Below, piece by piece: positions 1 through 10,500 of a stretch of DNA of 47,317 nucleotides (positions within the stretch are counted from its first letter, which is position 1; every line of letters begins with the position of its first letter). Where the stretch lies: positions 1 to 47,317 of the forward strand of contig JBOEGD010000017.1 in the NCBI GenBank assembly GCA_050633245.1, written 5' to 3'. The notes under the pieces are model-generated. The model was not told the DNA's origin. It made no database searches and was given only the letters and a program-made list of their open reading frames with translations. Source of the stretch: Calditrichia bacterium (GTDB taxonomy: Bacteria; Calditrichota; Calditrichia; RBG-13-44-9; J075). Both the position numbers and the translations under genes were made by a program.

Positions 1-21
1 GGGAGATTTTGACGACTTACA
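1..21. mobile_element. Terminal inverted repeat of an IS-like element whose body lies left of the window
   Basis: GGGAGATTTTGACGACTTACA matches the reverse complement of 47296-47316 at 20/21 and resembles the left end of the mini-element at 18578 (TGTAAGTCTTCAGAATCTCC). It has a TGT/ACA-type terminus. Confidence 0.75.
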
Positions 22-22
22 T

Positions 23-145
23 TTAAAAGTTATTCAAGAATTATTAGAGCATGAGTCGATACAGACTACGCTGATTTATGCGCATCTAGCGCTAGATTCG
101 AGCATGGTGGCGGCGGAGGTTATTGATCAAAAAATCATGCAATAA
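23..145 (+). pseudogene. C-terminal fragment of a tyrosine recombinase/integrase, cut at the IS end
   Basis: Manual translation LKVIQELLEHESIQTTLIYAHLALDSSMVAAEVIDQKIMQ* matches box II (IQELLGH-S-I-TT-IY-H) including the catalytic Tyr, with LGH changed to LEH. Not in the ORF track. Confidence 0.8.
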
Positions 146-159
146 ATAATTTCATTTAT

Positions 160-957
160 TCATCCTTCTAAGGCAGGCTGATTTTGACCTTCAATGAGAT
201 TTAAAAGGTCATTATTGTTTCCCCAGAAATGTGGAGATATTTGGTCAGATTTTTTCCAGTCTTTCTCTTCTGTCATCCAGAATGTTCTCATCCCTAATTT
301 CAGAGCCGGTAAGATATCGATGTTATAATTGTCTCCGACGACTAATACTTCTTGGGATTGTGCACCCAATTGTTTCAAGCATACTCTGAAAAAATATGCT
401 GCGGGCTTACCGAGTAAAACTACATCATTTGTAATTTCAGCGAGAGCAGACATAAAAAAGCCGCAACTAGGTATGTAACCTTCCGGGCTTGGGCTTATTA
501 AATTTCCATGTAACACAAGTAGTTTGCTGCCTTTTTGTAAATTTGATATAGCACTCAGAAGATCTTTCCATAGAGTATCTTTTGGGGGATTCGATACAAC
601 TACAGCATCCGGTGGATTTTTAGACGTTTCAATCCACAAATCAAAACTTTTATAATAACCCAGCTGTTCTTTTGGTGCAAATAGCTGTATGGAGCTTACC
701 CGGTTACTTTGCAACCACTCAATAGCTAATGATGTTGGTGTAATTATGGAAGCTTCTTTCAATTTAAGTCCGGCACTCTGTAAATCCTGCTGTAATCGCC
801 TTTGAGGTTGAGAAACAGAGTTAGATGCAATTACATAGTTGATTTTTTTCTGCTTAAGCGCCTTATCCAGAAGACCAAGATCATGTGTTTTAGTTAAGCT
901 ACGTGGAATGAGCGTATCATGAACGTCAAAGATTACGCCTTTTAGCTTAGTCTGCAT
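160..957 (-). CDS. HAD-superfamily subfamily IIA hydrolase (NagD-like phosphatase)
   Basis: Motif I IFDVHDTL (atypical), motif II ASNS, GKP, and motif IV GDNYNIDI..A..LG. 265 aa. Confidence 0.85.
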   Translation of the reverse strand: MQTKLKGVIFDVHDTLIPRSLTKTHDLGLLDKALKQKKINYVIASNSVSQPQRRLQQDLQSAGLKLKEASIITPTSLAIEWLQSNRVSSIQLFAPKEQLGYYKSFDLWIETSKNPPDAVVVSNPPKDTLWKDLLSAISNLQKGSKLLVLHGNLISPSPEGYIPSCGFFMSALAEITNDVVLLGKPAAYFFRVCLKQLGAQSQEVLVVGDNYNIDILPALKLGMRTFWMTEEKDWKKSDQISPHFWGNNNDLLNLIEGQNQPALEG

Positions 958-1038
958 AAGAATTTAGCCTTTTACTATATTTTGTTTACTCCCATCCCTC
1001 CCCTAAATGGGAGCAAACGATTAAAAACTCACTCTAAA

Positions 1039-1188
1039 TTAACTGCAATTACATCCTTTCCAACAACTTGGACAGCGTTGTCTACCACAACCAGAGCACT
1101 TTGAGTACCAAATATTGCAGTCTCTACATCGATTACGGCCTGATTCCAGCGAAATAAGCGTTAAGTGTAATCTTTGTAATCTTTGCAT
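1039..1188 (-). CDS. Small cysteine-rich peptide (49 aa, 8 Cys), not in the ORF track
   Basis: A GGAGGA SD (1197-1202) precedes ATG 1188. Translation: MQRLQRLHLTLISLESGRNRCRDCNIWYSKCSGCGRQRCPSCWKGCNCS*. It is co-oriented with both neighbours. Confidence 0.75.
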   Translation of the reverse strand: MQRLQRLHLTLISLESGRNRCRDCNIWYSKCSGCGRQRCPSCWKGCNCS

Positions 1189-1266
1189 TAAAAATATCCT
1201 CCAATCCATGTAAGCAGTAAATTAGCCGTTGCAAATTTCTGATTTAAGATTACTCCATGTAAAAAG

Positions 1267-4200
1267 TTATTTGATGAGAAGCATTTTTTTAGTCTGACTA
1301 ATTAAATTTCCATTTGAGATAGCTCGAAGAGTATAGAAATATAATCCTGAAGAAACACGGTCGCCTGATCGGTTAACTCCTTTCCATGTTCTAATATATG
1401 TTCCGGGAGTAAGGTTATCGTCTACAAGTGAGATTATATGTTCCCCAAGGATATTATAGATATCAAGTGCGATCTTGGATCTTTGAGCGACTTTAAATTT
1501 TATGGCAGTACTAGGATTAAATGGATTGGGGTATGCATTCTCAAGGTCAAATTTTTCTGGAATTCTGACTGAGTTTTGCTCAACTCCAGTTAGCATAGAA
1601 TCAGAAAATAGGCTTCTAGCAAAAGATGTATCTGCTGGATATGAATCATAATATGTAACTAAAATTTCATCTCCATATCTTGCATATATTTCTTGTCCAC
1701 TTGAAGACGTTGGGTTGAAAAGAAAAGTATTTGAGAAATAGCCACTGTTAACAGAATGCTCAAAAAGTTTTATACCAATACCAGTAGAATCAGATGTTGA
1801 GCTTAAATGAACTATTACTGTATCAATTTGGAGGGAGCTGAAGTTTAAATTATTATCGTTCAGTTGGATGATACCAGATTCACCGTATCCATCATATAAG
1901 ATCTTATCTAAACTGACTATCCCCATAGATGACAGTGAATCTTCTACAAACAATCTAAACAATGTAGTATCAGACTTGCCAAATGGATCGTTAACGCTGA
2001 TCTCAAATCGATGATAACCAGCCTGAGTCTGATCAGGAACCCAACTCAACACACCGTTATCACTTAGATTTACTCCAGCAGGAGTGGATATATTTGAGAA
2101 ACCAAGTACATCTCCATCCGCATCAAATGTCATCAACTGGTAAATTAACTCTTGATTAACATTAACCGAGTTTGGGTAGCTTTGATCTATAAATATAGGT
2201 GAATTGTTCGAAGAGCTGCTAATAAAATTAATGTTGATTATATTGGATGGTGCACTTTCCTTTGATAATGAGTCCATATTTGTAACCATAAACGAATATT
2301 CGTAACCAGGTTCAAAATTGCTCATCATATAACTATTTGTATCACCAAGATTAAAGTACCCAGAAGAGTAATCAACCCTTCCCTCAGTAGAATAGTATAA
2401 AATACTGTTCAGAGATTCTGGTGAATTAGTATCCCAATTAAAGGCTAATGAAGTATCTAAAACCTGAACAGTGAAATTTGTCGGCTTGCTAGGTGAGTTC
2501 AATTCAACCAGATTTAGAGGATTATTAAAGTATACTGTTGAAACCCCATTGGTACTATCCTCAATTGAAGCATAGAGGTAATATGTTCCAGTGACAATGG
2601 AATCCCCGGACCAAAAAAGTTGATCTACGGTATCATCTTCCCAAATATCCTCAGAAATGCGAATGCCATTAAATCCGTAATTATTATTATCAAGGAAAAA
2701 ATTAACCTTTGCATTATTATCCGGATCTGAATCGCTCCATTTGATATCAAGCATTCGCTCTCCAACCACTCCCACGTCTATAATATCTATAGTGGGACGA
2801 AAGTTAGCTCCAAATACATCGATTAAATAATTCCCCGAGTTTTCAAATTGGATGGAATAGATTCCTGATAAGGCATTTCTGATAGCAAAAAACCCTTTAT
2901 TTTCCGCAGAATACTCAACGTATTCTATATTAAAATAGTCATCGACATTATGCTTATCGACCATACTACTATCTGGTAATAATAGAGTGAAATTTGGTGT
3001 ATTTGCGGCATCACTAGATCGGATAACTACAAGAGGGAGATTATTCACTAACTCAAAATTTTGTATCAGTATGTCCCCGTTAAAATATGAATCAGAGTTT
3101 AAACTTTTACTGTTTAATCTTAAACTTTTTCCCTCAAATCGATTTTGATTTTTACTAGTCAGAAGATAATTCTCTGAAAAAAGTGTGGAGTTAAGGTTTT
3201 GTATATTAGGAGCCCACTCTGTTTCTAAACTACTCCCAGACCAGGTCATGGAATATGCCAAGTCAAAAACATTTGATATATAACGACGACCTGTAATAGT
3301 ATTATTTTTTATTTTACTTTCAATATGAGAAAGTGTATATGGTAAACCTAAATAGCCATTTAAATAATCAAATGGGAAATCAAACAATTCTGGTATTTGC
3401 AACTTTCCTAGAGCTGCACCTTCAAAGTCTATCTTAGATGCAGATTTTCGTATACTAGCTTGAACATTACCAATTACTACATCTCTGAAATTTGCTTCCC
3501 CTTCAATTAGGACTCTGTCCTTTTTTACATTTATGACTGCCTCAGCTAAATCTTCATCAAAAACTCTTAGACCACCTCTACCTTCGAGTTCCTTTCCAAA
3601 CCAATAGTCAAGAGTTAGTTGATTAAGTTCTATAAAATCGAAACTACTCTGCCCAACAGGAACGATACTGACAATTAATGCTAACCTTAATGGAGGATTA
3701 TTTATACGACCTAATGCACCTCCACCTTCTTTGAATGCGAGGCCGGTCGATCCTATAGGAATTGGGCTACCACTTCTTATAACTACTCCAACTGAATCTA
3801 ATTGTCCACTTTCAACTTTTGCACCCGCTTCTAACCCAAATAACTTTGTATCTAATTTTGTAGTTCCAATAAACAAATCATTGACAGAGTCAAAGAGTAA
3901 TCTCAACTCAGTAAGTTCTACTGTTTTCGCAACTTTTATAGGCTTCTCAAGATTAATTTCACCAATGACTTCTATACCATTACTTTGAGTAATTTTTAGT
4001 GTGCTTATGTTTATTTCTAAACTATCCAATAACTCAGGGAGTTGAAGCTTACCATCGACACGCAACCCATCTGATAATATTTGTAATGAATCTATCTCGA
4101 CTGGTAATCCTGCTAGTTCAAACGTATTATTGATCTCATTTATAAAGACACCATTTAGGAAGTCCTCATCGAAGTCAAAGCTGAATTGCCCATTGTATAA

Positions 4201-5427
4201 GTCAACTTGGCCCAGGTTTGGTATTCCATCAACGAATAATAACGTATTACCAGATATGAGTCGATTAACCATATCGATAGATACTATTCCATTTGCTTTT
4301 AAAATATTATTAATCGAGACGTCACCAGTAGCTCTGTATACTCCATCAATAAATTCAATTTGATTAGCAAAAAGTGTCAAATCTGATGTTAAAGATATTT
4401 GTTGAAGAGTCGTATTGGGTTCGATACAGAAAGTTGAATTGCTGACATCAGTGATTGAAGATAGGCTACTGGAAAAAACTTTTATCAGTACATCACAAGA
4501 GTTAACTGAGGGAACTCCCCAAGAGTATACACCTTGGGATGCATCAATATTCTGGGCAATTGAAATCCAGGAGTTTCCATTATCGATGGAGTATTCCAAG
4601 TCTATTCCAGTAACTGCAATTGAATTCCATCTTATATCTTCTGTTGAGCCAACTGTCCAGATTTCTCCACCATTTGGTGAAATCAATTCAATTGTAGGCT
4701 GAGTATTGCCGGGGGTATATAGAGTTAATATCTCGTCATTGCTTAGAGTTCTATTAAACAAACTTACATCATCGATTTTACCATAAAAATGAGCTGTGGT
4801 ATTAGCTGATTTATAAGCACCGATCATGCTAATGAAATTAGATGCTGGAGTGTTGAACCCTGGATTTGCTTGTTTTGAATTTACAAGTTGCGCATTAACA
4901 TAAACACGCATTATACCGGATGCATCTTTTGATACAACTAAATGAGCCCAATCGTTTGAAACTATATTGGGTGGAGTCCTAAGAGTGGTATTATTATTCT
5001 CAAAATGTCTAACATCATATCGAACACCATAACTATTCTCTACAAACAAAAAGTATTGTCCGTAAGGACGAGTGTCTGATGCGGCATATGAAACAACAGC
5101 AGATCTGTAGGTTGCTAGATCTTCTATTTTTACCCAGGCAGAGATTGTTTGTTCGTTATAACTATCAAAGTCGATCCCATCCATCAGTTCGATATAATCA
5201 TCAACTCCATCAAATGAATATGCGGAGTTAAAATTGCCGAAGCGATCTGTTGTTAATACAGCACCACTGACAATACCGTGATTGGCGTTTGCTGTAGAAT
5301 CCTCCGCATTACCAGAGAACGGGTAGTGGGCAATTAAGTCCGGTATGGTTATCTGTGAATGTCCCCTAATATTCAATAAGCACGTTAAGAGCAGGAGCAA
5401 AGTTAAGAATTTCGTATATAGAGACAT
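1267..5427 (-). CDS. Large secreted protein: LamG-like jellyroll, Ser/Thr-rich Ig module, FN3, Ig/cadherin-like repeat, C-terminal FlgD-Ig/T9SS-A-like sorting domain
   Basis: Signal peptide from ATG 5427 (GGAGAG SD; the track starts at TTG 5439). LIAHYPFSGNAED...DRFG..NSAYSFDG...FYGKIDDV indicates LamG; SPNGGEIW marks the Ig module; C-terminus AYPNPFNPST...SSGLYFY...KKMLLIK. Confidence 0.85.
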   Translation of the reverse strand: MSLYTKFLTLLLLLTCLLNIRGHSQITIPDLIAHYPFSGNAEDSTANANHGIVSGAVLTTDRFGNFNSAYSFDGVDDYIELMDGIDFDSYNEQTISAWVKIEDLATYRSAVVSYAASDTRPYGQYFLFVENSYGVRYDVRHFENNNTTLRTPPNIVSNDWAHLVVSKDASGIMRVYVNAQLVNSKQANPGFNTPASNFISMIGAYKSANTTAHFYGKIDDVSLFNRTLSNDEILTLYTPGNTQPTIELISPNGGEIWTVGSTEDIRWNSIAVTGIDLEYSIDNGNSWISIAQNIDASQGVYSWGVPSVNSCDVLIKVFSSSLSSITDVSNSTFCIEPNTTLQQISLTSDLTLFANQIEFIDGVYRATGDVSINNILKANGIVSIDMVNRLISGNTLLFVDGIPNLGQVDLYNGQFSFDFDEDFLNGVFINEINNTFELAGLPVEIDSLQILSDGLRVDGKLQLPELLDSLEINISTLKITQSNGIEVIGEINLEKPIKVAKTVELTELRLLFDSVNDLFIGTTKLDTKLFGLEAGAKVESGQLDSVGVVIRSGSPIPIGSTGLAFKEGGGALGRINNPPLRLALIVSIVPVGQSSFDFIELNQLTLDYWFGKELEGRGGLRVFDEDLAEAVINVKKDRVLIEGEANFRDVVIGNVQASIRKSASKIDFEGAALGKLQIPELFDFPFDYLNGYLGLPYTLSHIESKIKNNTITGRRYISNVFDLAYSMTWSGSSLETEWAPNIQNLNSTLFSENYLLTSKNQNRFEGKSLRLNSKSLNSDSYFNGDILIQNFELVNNLPLVVIRSSDAANTPNFTLLLPDSSMVDKHNVDDYFNIEYVEYSAENKGFFAIRNALSGIYSIQFENSGNYLIDVFGANFRPTIDIIDVGVVGERMLDIKWSDSDPDNNAKVNFFLDNNNYGFNGIRISEDIWEDDTVDQLFWSGDSIVTGTYYLYASIEDSTNGVSTVYFNNPLNLVELNSPSKPTNFTVQVLDTSLAFNWDTNSPESLNSILYYSTEGRVDYSSGYFNLGDTNSYMMSNFEPGYEYSFMVTNMDSLSKESAPSNIININFISSSSNNSPIFIDQSYPNSVNVNQELIYQLMTFDADGDVLGFSNISTPAGVNLSDNGVLSWVPDQTQAGYHRFEISVNDPFGKSDTTLFRLFVEDSLSSMGIVSLDKILYDGYGESGIIQLNDNNLNFSSLQIDTVIVHLSSTSDSTGIGIKLFEHSVNSGYFSNTFLFNPTSSSGQEIYARYGDEILVTYYDSYPADTSFARSLFSDSMLTGVEQNSVRIPEKFDLENAYPNPFNPSTAIKFKVAQRSKIALDIYNILGEHIISLVDDNLTPGTYIRTWKGVNRSGDRVSSGLYFYTLRAISNGNLISQTKKMLLIK

Positions 5428-5702
5428 ATTACTCTCCAAATAGTTTTACCGGTACGATACAGTTTGAAGTATGAGAATCAGTCATTTATGATTGCAATAA
5501 ATCCCCAGAGGGGTTATTTTATTCTTCTTCATTTGTTTGAAGAGTAACTCCCCAACCGAATTGCCAAGATATATGTTCAACGCCCCGCATTGCCTGCAAT
5601 AAAACTCAGTATTATTGATTTTTTCAAGGAAAATGAGGTGCAATGAATGTGCATTGCACTGTTTTTTAAATGCAATTTGTTTGAAAGCTGAGGATAAAAC
5701 TG

Positions 5703-7481
5703 TTGAAAGAGAAGAATGAGAAGAATGAGAATTTAGTCTATCTGGTCTATCCTGATACAATGGAGTTTTGTGAGAGGGCTTTACAAGATCTAAAAATAAA
5801 AAGATCGTATTTGATATACAAAGCAGAGAATAAAACCAACCCTATAGCGGGTAGGACTATCGGCTATTTTTTAAAAAGTAAAGCGGGATCAGAATATAAA
5901 AAAAGACATTTGGAAGTATATCAAGAACGCGTTCCAAAATATATCTGGAGCGAAATTCGTGATAAAATGAATACCCCTACTGACAAACTCACAAGTCTGA
6001 AATTAAATGAGATTGAAGCGTTTGTTAAATTCCGAGACGAATTTGCCTCTCAGCACTCCTCATTTCCATTTATCCTTGATAATTATTCCACCGAAGAACA
6101 GGAAAAGCTAAGGTCATTACCAATTATTAGCGTGAAAGTTCAGTATGTTTCTAACAATACTAAGCGTGAGCAGGAAGAGGATTTACTTTCTGTTGAAGAT
6201 CAGGAAAGTATAATTCCCACATTAAAAACTGATTTTAAAGGCGAGTTTACAAGCGAACCTGCAGAAATTATTAAAAATAAAGGGATTGTAAGGATTCTAT
6301 TAAGTACGGCAATAATTATTCTTATCGTCATCTTAATAGTATATTCATTCATACTTCCCAAAAAATTTGACCATTTAGCCCTCGGGGCTCAAAATAACAT
6401 TTTATCTTTAAAGGATAAAAGTGATAACACAATCAATAGGATCAAACTTAAAAATGGCTCCATAGGAAAATATGGCGAGGTGAGAACCTCACTAGGAAAA
6501 GTAATTTATATTCTGGAAGAACATCAAAGATTTAATGAAAAAAAACCTGTCCCATATCATGAATCTATACTAGCCTACAATTCCAATGGAGATTCTTTAT
6601 GGACTTATAGACTTTACGATCAATCGATTAAGGAAAAGCTTGATAAGGAAGAAGTGAAGGTAGCAATCAACAAGAACCTTTCATATATGAAAGAAGTATC
6701 CAATCACTTTTTTGTCAAAAGTATTGGAGTAAGCTCATTTTTTGGAGAAAAAAACAAAGAGTATATTTACGCCATATTTTTTGATCTGGAACATAACGCA
6801 TCAAAGCTTGTAATTTTAGATCCTGTAGAAGGGAATCCTGTTTATGAGTTACGAAACTGGGGACGGTTGAACAGAATTTTTATATCTGACATCGATAAAA
6901 ATGGGATAGCTGAGATAATATTAGGTGGTCATTTAAACGCTTTATCACTGATGCTTGGTAAAGTACATGGTATAAAGGGGAATATTTGGAGTCCGTATGT
7001 AGCTAAAATAGAACCTATTAAAAAGGGGGTTTTTGCTTTACCAGGACATATTCTGAGACCTGACCTTCCGGCAGAAGAAGTTCAATGGATGGTATTCACG
7101 ATTAGTCTTATTAACGGAAGTTATATTCTGGGAGATGGAGAACGTGTAGTTATATATCCATCGAAGGTTGGTGTCAAATACCCATTAGATACTAATGGAA
7201 AACCATTTGGCAAAGCTTATGCAATAACACCCTGGATCAAAAAACACTCAAAACATCATTATCCTCCTATTATAAAATTTAATCTTAACCAAAATCGGTT
7301 AACTTCAAAACTACTATTCACCGATTCACCACGACCTTATAAAGAACTATTAGAAGAGGAACTAACAGCTGAGCTCTTAACCATGTTTAATGCCATCCAA
7401 AAGCTCGAGTTTCGTATAAATGATGAAGGCTACTGGGAGCATTATTATGAAGGGAAGCCATTTACTTTAGAAAGCCTGTAA
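5703..7481 (+). CDS. Hypothetical single-pass membrane protein (cytoplasmic N-domain, TM, extracellular beta-rich domain with one FG-GAP-like motif)
   Basis: 592-aa ORF with GAGGA before the TTG start, TM segment ILLSTAIIILIVILIVYSFIL and SDIDKNGIAEIILGG. First gene of an apparent operon with the kinase and regulator. Confidence 0.7.
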   Translation: MKEKNEKNENLVYLVYPDTMEFCERALQDLKIKRSYLIYKAENKTNPIAGRTIGYFLKSKAGSEYKKRHLEVYQERVPKYIWSEIRDKMNTPTDKLTSLKLNEIEAFVKFRDEFASQHSSFPFILDNYSTEEQEKLRSLPIISVKVQYVSNNTKREQEEDLLSVEDQESIIPTLKTDFKGEFTSEPAEIIKNKGIVRILLSTAIIILIVILIVYSFILPKKFDHLALGAQNNILSLKDKSDNTINRIKLKNGSIGKYGEVRTSLGKVIYILEEHQRFNEKKPVPYHESILAYNSNGDSLWTYRLYDQSIKEKLDKEEVKVAINKNLSYMKEVSNHFFVKSIGVSSFFGEKNKEYIYAIFFDLEHNASKLVILDPVEGNPVYELRNWGRLNRIFISDIDKNGIAEIILGGHLNALSLMLGKVHGIKGNIWSPYVAKIEPIKKGVFALPGHILRPDLPAEEVQWMVFTISLINGSYILGDGERVVIYPSKVGVKYPLDTNGKPFGKAYAITPWIKKHSKHHYPPIIKFNLNQNRLTSKLLFTDSPRPYKELLEEELTAELLTMFNAIQKLEFRINDEGYWEHYYEGKPFTLESL

Positions 7482-7510
7482 ATATCATTTAACTTCGAAT
7501 CGCTTTTCCT

Positions 7511-10500
7511 ATGATAATAAGACGAAACAAAAAACTCAGCTTTATTGCCATTCTAATATTTGTGGTATTACAACAGGTTTATCCTCAGATATCTATGAGC
7601 GATTCATCAACAATCCGCTACTTCCCTGGCTGGGAAGCAGCACAGTTACTTGAAATTCATGTCCTTGATGAGAACTATGCAGTCGCTCTCGGCAAGTATG
7701 CACTTTTGGAATGGGACGGACAAAACTGGAAAAAGCTTAAGCCGCTATTTTCAGACAACTCTTCAACTTATCAGAGTCTTAAAATTAATGGATACCAGAA
7801 TTTTTATTATACATACTCCTCTGACGGCATTAACCACCAGCCATATCTTGCACAGTACAAAAACGGTCAATGGGAAAGAATCAAGACTGAACAGCCTTAC
7901 AGATTAGATAAATTAAGTTTAACATCTGCAAATTCTCTTTGGGCAGTTGGTAACTGGGGCTCAATGATTCATTATTTCGACGGGTATTCAAAGAACATAT
8001 TAACCCCCAGATTTGCAATGCCGCTTGGTATTTGGTCTTTTGCGGATACGAGCATTGCTCTACTGCATTTGGATGAAATTAATGGAAAGACTATTCGTTT
8101 AAGTGAATTTAAAAATCGCACTTGGACTACCAGCTTATTCGCAGACGGGTACCATCAGGGCAGCCTTTTCTTAACGCCTGATTCTGCGTGGATGGTAAAA
8201 GATAAAACCCTTTTCAAGTATTCAAATAATACTCTCCGGCAGATAGGTGAACAAAAATTTTTCGGTCAAAAAGCCGATTTATTTACGTTTGATGATACCT
8301 TGCTTGTCAGTTCCGTTGGAAAGTTGGCCAGATATAAAGATGAAGTACTTATTGATACTCTGCTATTGGAGGAGAGTAGATTCTTTCCCATCAATCCTCA
8401 AGAGTATTTTCTAATAAACGCTAGAAGAACGCTGGCCTACTGGGGGCCTAAACCAATCGGGGATCCGAACTTTAAACACAGAGCGAATTTCAGCTGGCAT
8501 CAAAATAATGACGGTCCCTCGCATCATCTATCCATAGCCACACTCGAAATGCCAAATCAGAAAGAAATACACTTCCTGATCTCCCCCGATGAAACGATTA
8601 AACGATTTATTCCCGCTCCCAAAAAGAACAGTAGCCTTTGGGGATTGAAAAATGTCCCTCTACCAAGTGGGCTTGAAGGGTATGCAGGTCATGAGTTTAT
8701 TGAGGATAAACCGAATATTAATGGAGGAATTTTCTTTGCTGATATCGATGGGGATAAAGATCATGATGCTATTCTTACTGCCCTAAGAGGTAAGACCCGT
8801 TTGTTACAAAACATTGAAAACCAAAAGTTTGTAGATGTTTCGGAAAACTTTGATTTCAATTTGGCGGGTCGAATTGTCGGCGTACAGTTGGCCGATTTCG
8901 ATCGGGATTCCAACCTCGATTTTGTTGCCTCCGATGAGTCAAATGGCTCAACGATATATCTCGGTGACGGTTATTTCAGATTTGACAGTACCCGGGTTAT
9001 GCCTGAGCTGAAAAGCGGATTCTCTTCGGTTTCAGACATTGATTTGGATGGTTTTCCCGACATTCTCACCTATGGCAATCATGCTCCACCATCTCTGTTT
9101 TTGAACCTTGGAAAAAATACGGACGGAAAATGGGTGGGGTTTAAAGATATCACACATCTATCACCAGCCATCGCAAGTGAATTGAATGTATATGTGCAGT
9201 CTGTAGAGTGGGTGGATTATGATCAGGATGAGGATGAAGATGCACTAATAATAAACAGGCGGCGTCCGCTAAGACTATTCGAGAACAGGCGTAACGGCTA
9301 TTTTACAGACGTAACCGATTCTCTTGGATTGGGGATTGTTCGTTCACCCTATGGTGCAAACTGGGCAGATTTTGATGGCGACGGAGACCTGGATTTTTTC
9401 CTAAGCAATCTGCACCGCAACTATTTGTTTTGGAATGATTCAACCAAGGGTTTTATTGTGGATTCTATCTCGCTTGAAGATAATCGTATTAAATATTCAA
9501 CCGGGTCTGTAATTATTGATGTAAACAACGATGGTCGGCCTGATATTTTAGTCGCGAACAGTGAAGTTGGCGCTTCTGGTTTTTATATTAACGAAGGCCC
9601 GGCAAGCGAAACAATAACGATTAGGGTAGATGGAGGCATTGGAAATCGAAGTGGAATCGGTACTAAGATTTCCATTTTTGCTGAAGAAAACAACCGACTA
9701 CTTCATTATGAAGAGATTCGTACAACAACTGGCTATAATTCTACTAAGCCCGCTCAAATAAACTTTTCAAGCAAATATCAGAAGCTAAAGGCAATTGCGA
9801 TTTTTCCTTCAGGAGAACGCCAAGAGCACCGCTTTACGTTGAACGACCAGCATATTATATTCACCCAATCAAAGTCAATTTTTGCTGAAGTATGGGTACA
9901 AATCAGACCCCATTTTCACTTTCCCTGGAAATTAATTGCCACACTTCTTGCCTTTTTATTTATTGGTTTGTTGGCAGGTTTGCGCAAACGCCTATTATGG
10001 ACATTAAATATACGCAGACCTGAGAGCAATTTTACTTTCTTAACTATATTAGGATTATTAGCACTGTTAATTAGCTGGGTATATCTTGGCCCATTACCAT
10101 TACTTTACTTTTTAATCGGCGTTATTACAACTTTTCTTATCACACGATTTCTTTTTACCAAATACCTTGAACGCAAATATACAATAGATCTCTTCCCTAT
10201 TCTATCCAAGCTGGAGCACTTCCGCCATTCCAAGAGCGTTTCTAACAATCTGGATCACTTGAGTTTTCTAAGCCTTGAAGGAGAAAAAGAAAAATACGAT
10301 AAAGAGCTCATTACGGATGTAAAAGAGGAAATTTACTTTTTTAAAACGGAAAGTGAACCTTTGCTTCAACAAATAGCGATTCAACTGCATCAGCATAAAA
10401 TACCTTATGCACTCTATCATCGTTTTTATCACTCTCGACAACAGCTACAACAGTTGCTGAAGGAATGTAAAAAATCCCCTGAAAGTCTATTTTATTCCGC

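Noticed and set aside
984-1018. Hairpin between the peptide and HAD genes as a terminator
   Set aside because: The stem exists (CTCCCAT/ATGGGAG) but there is no U-tract on the coding strand.
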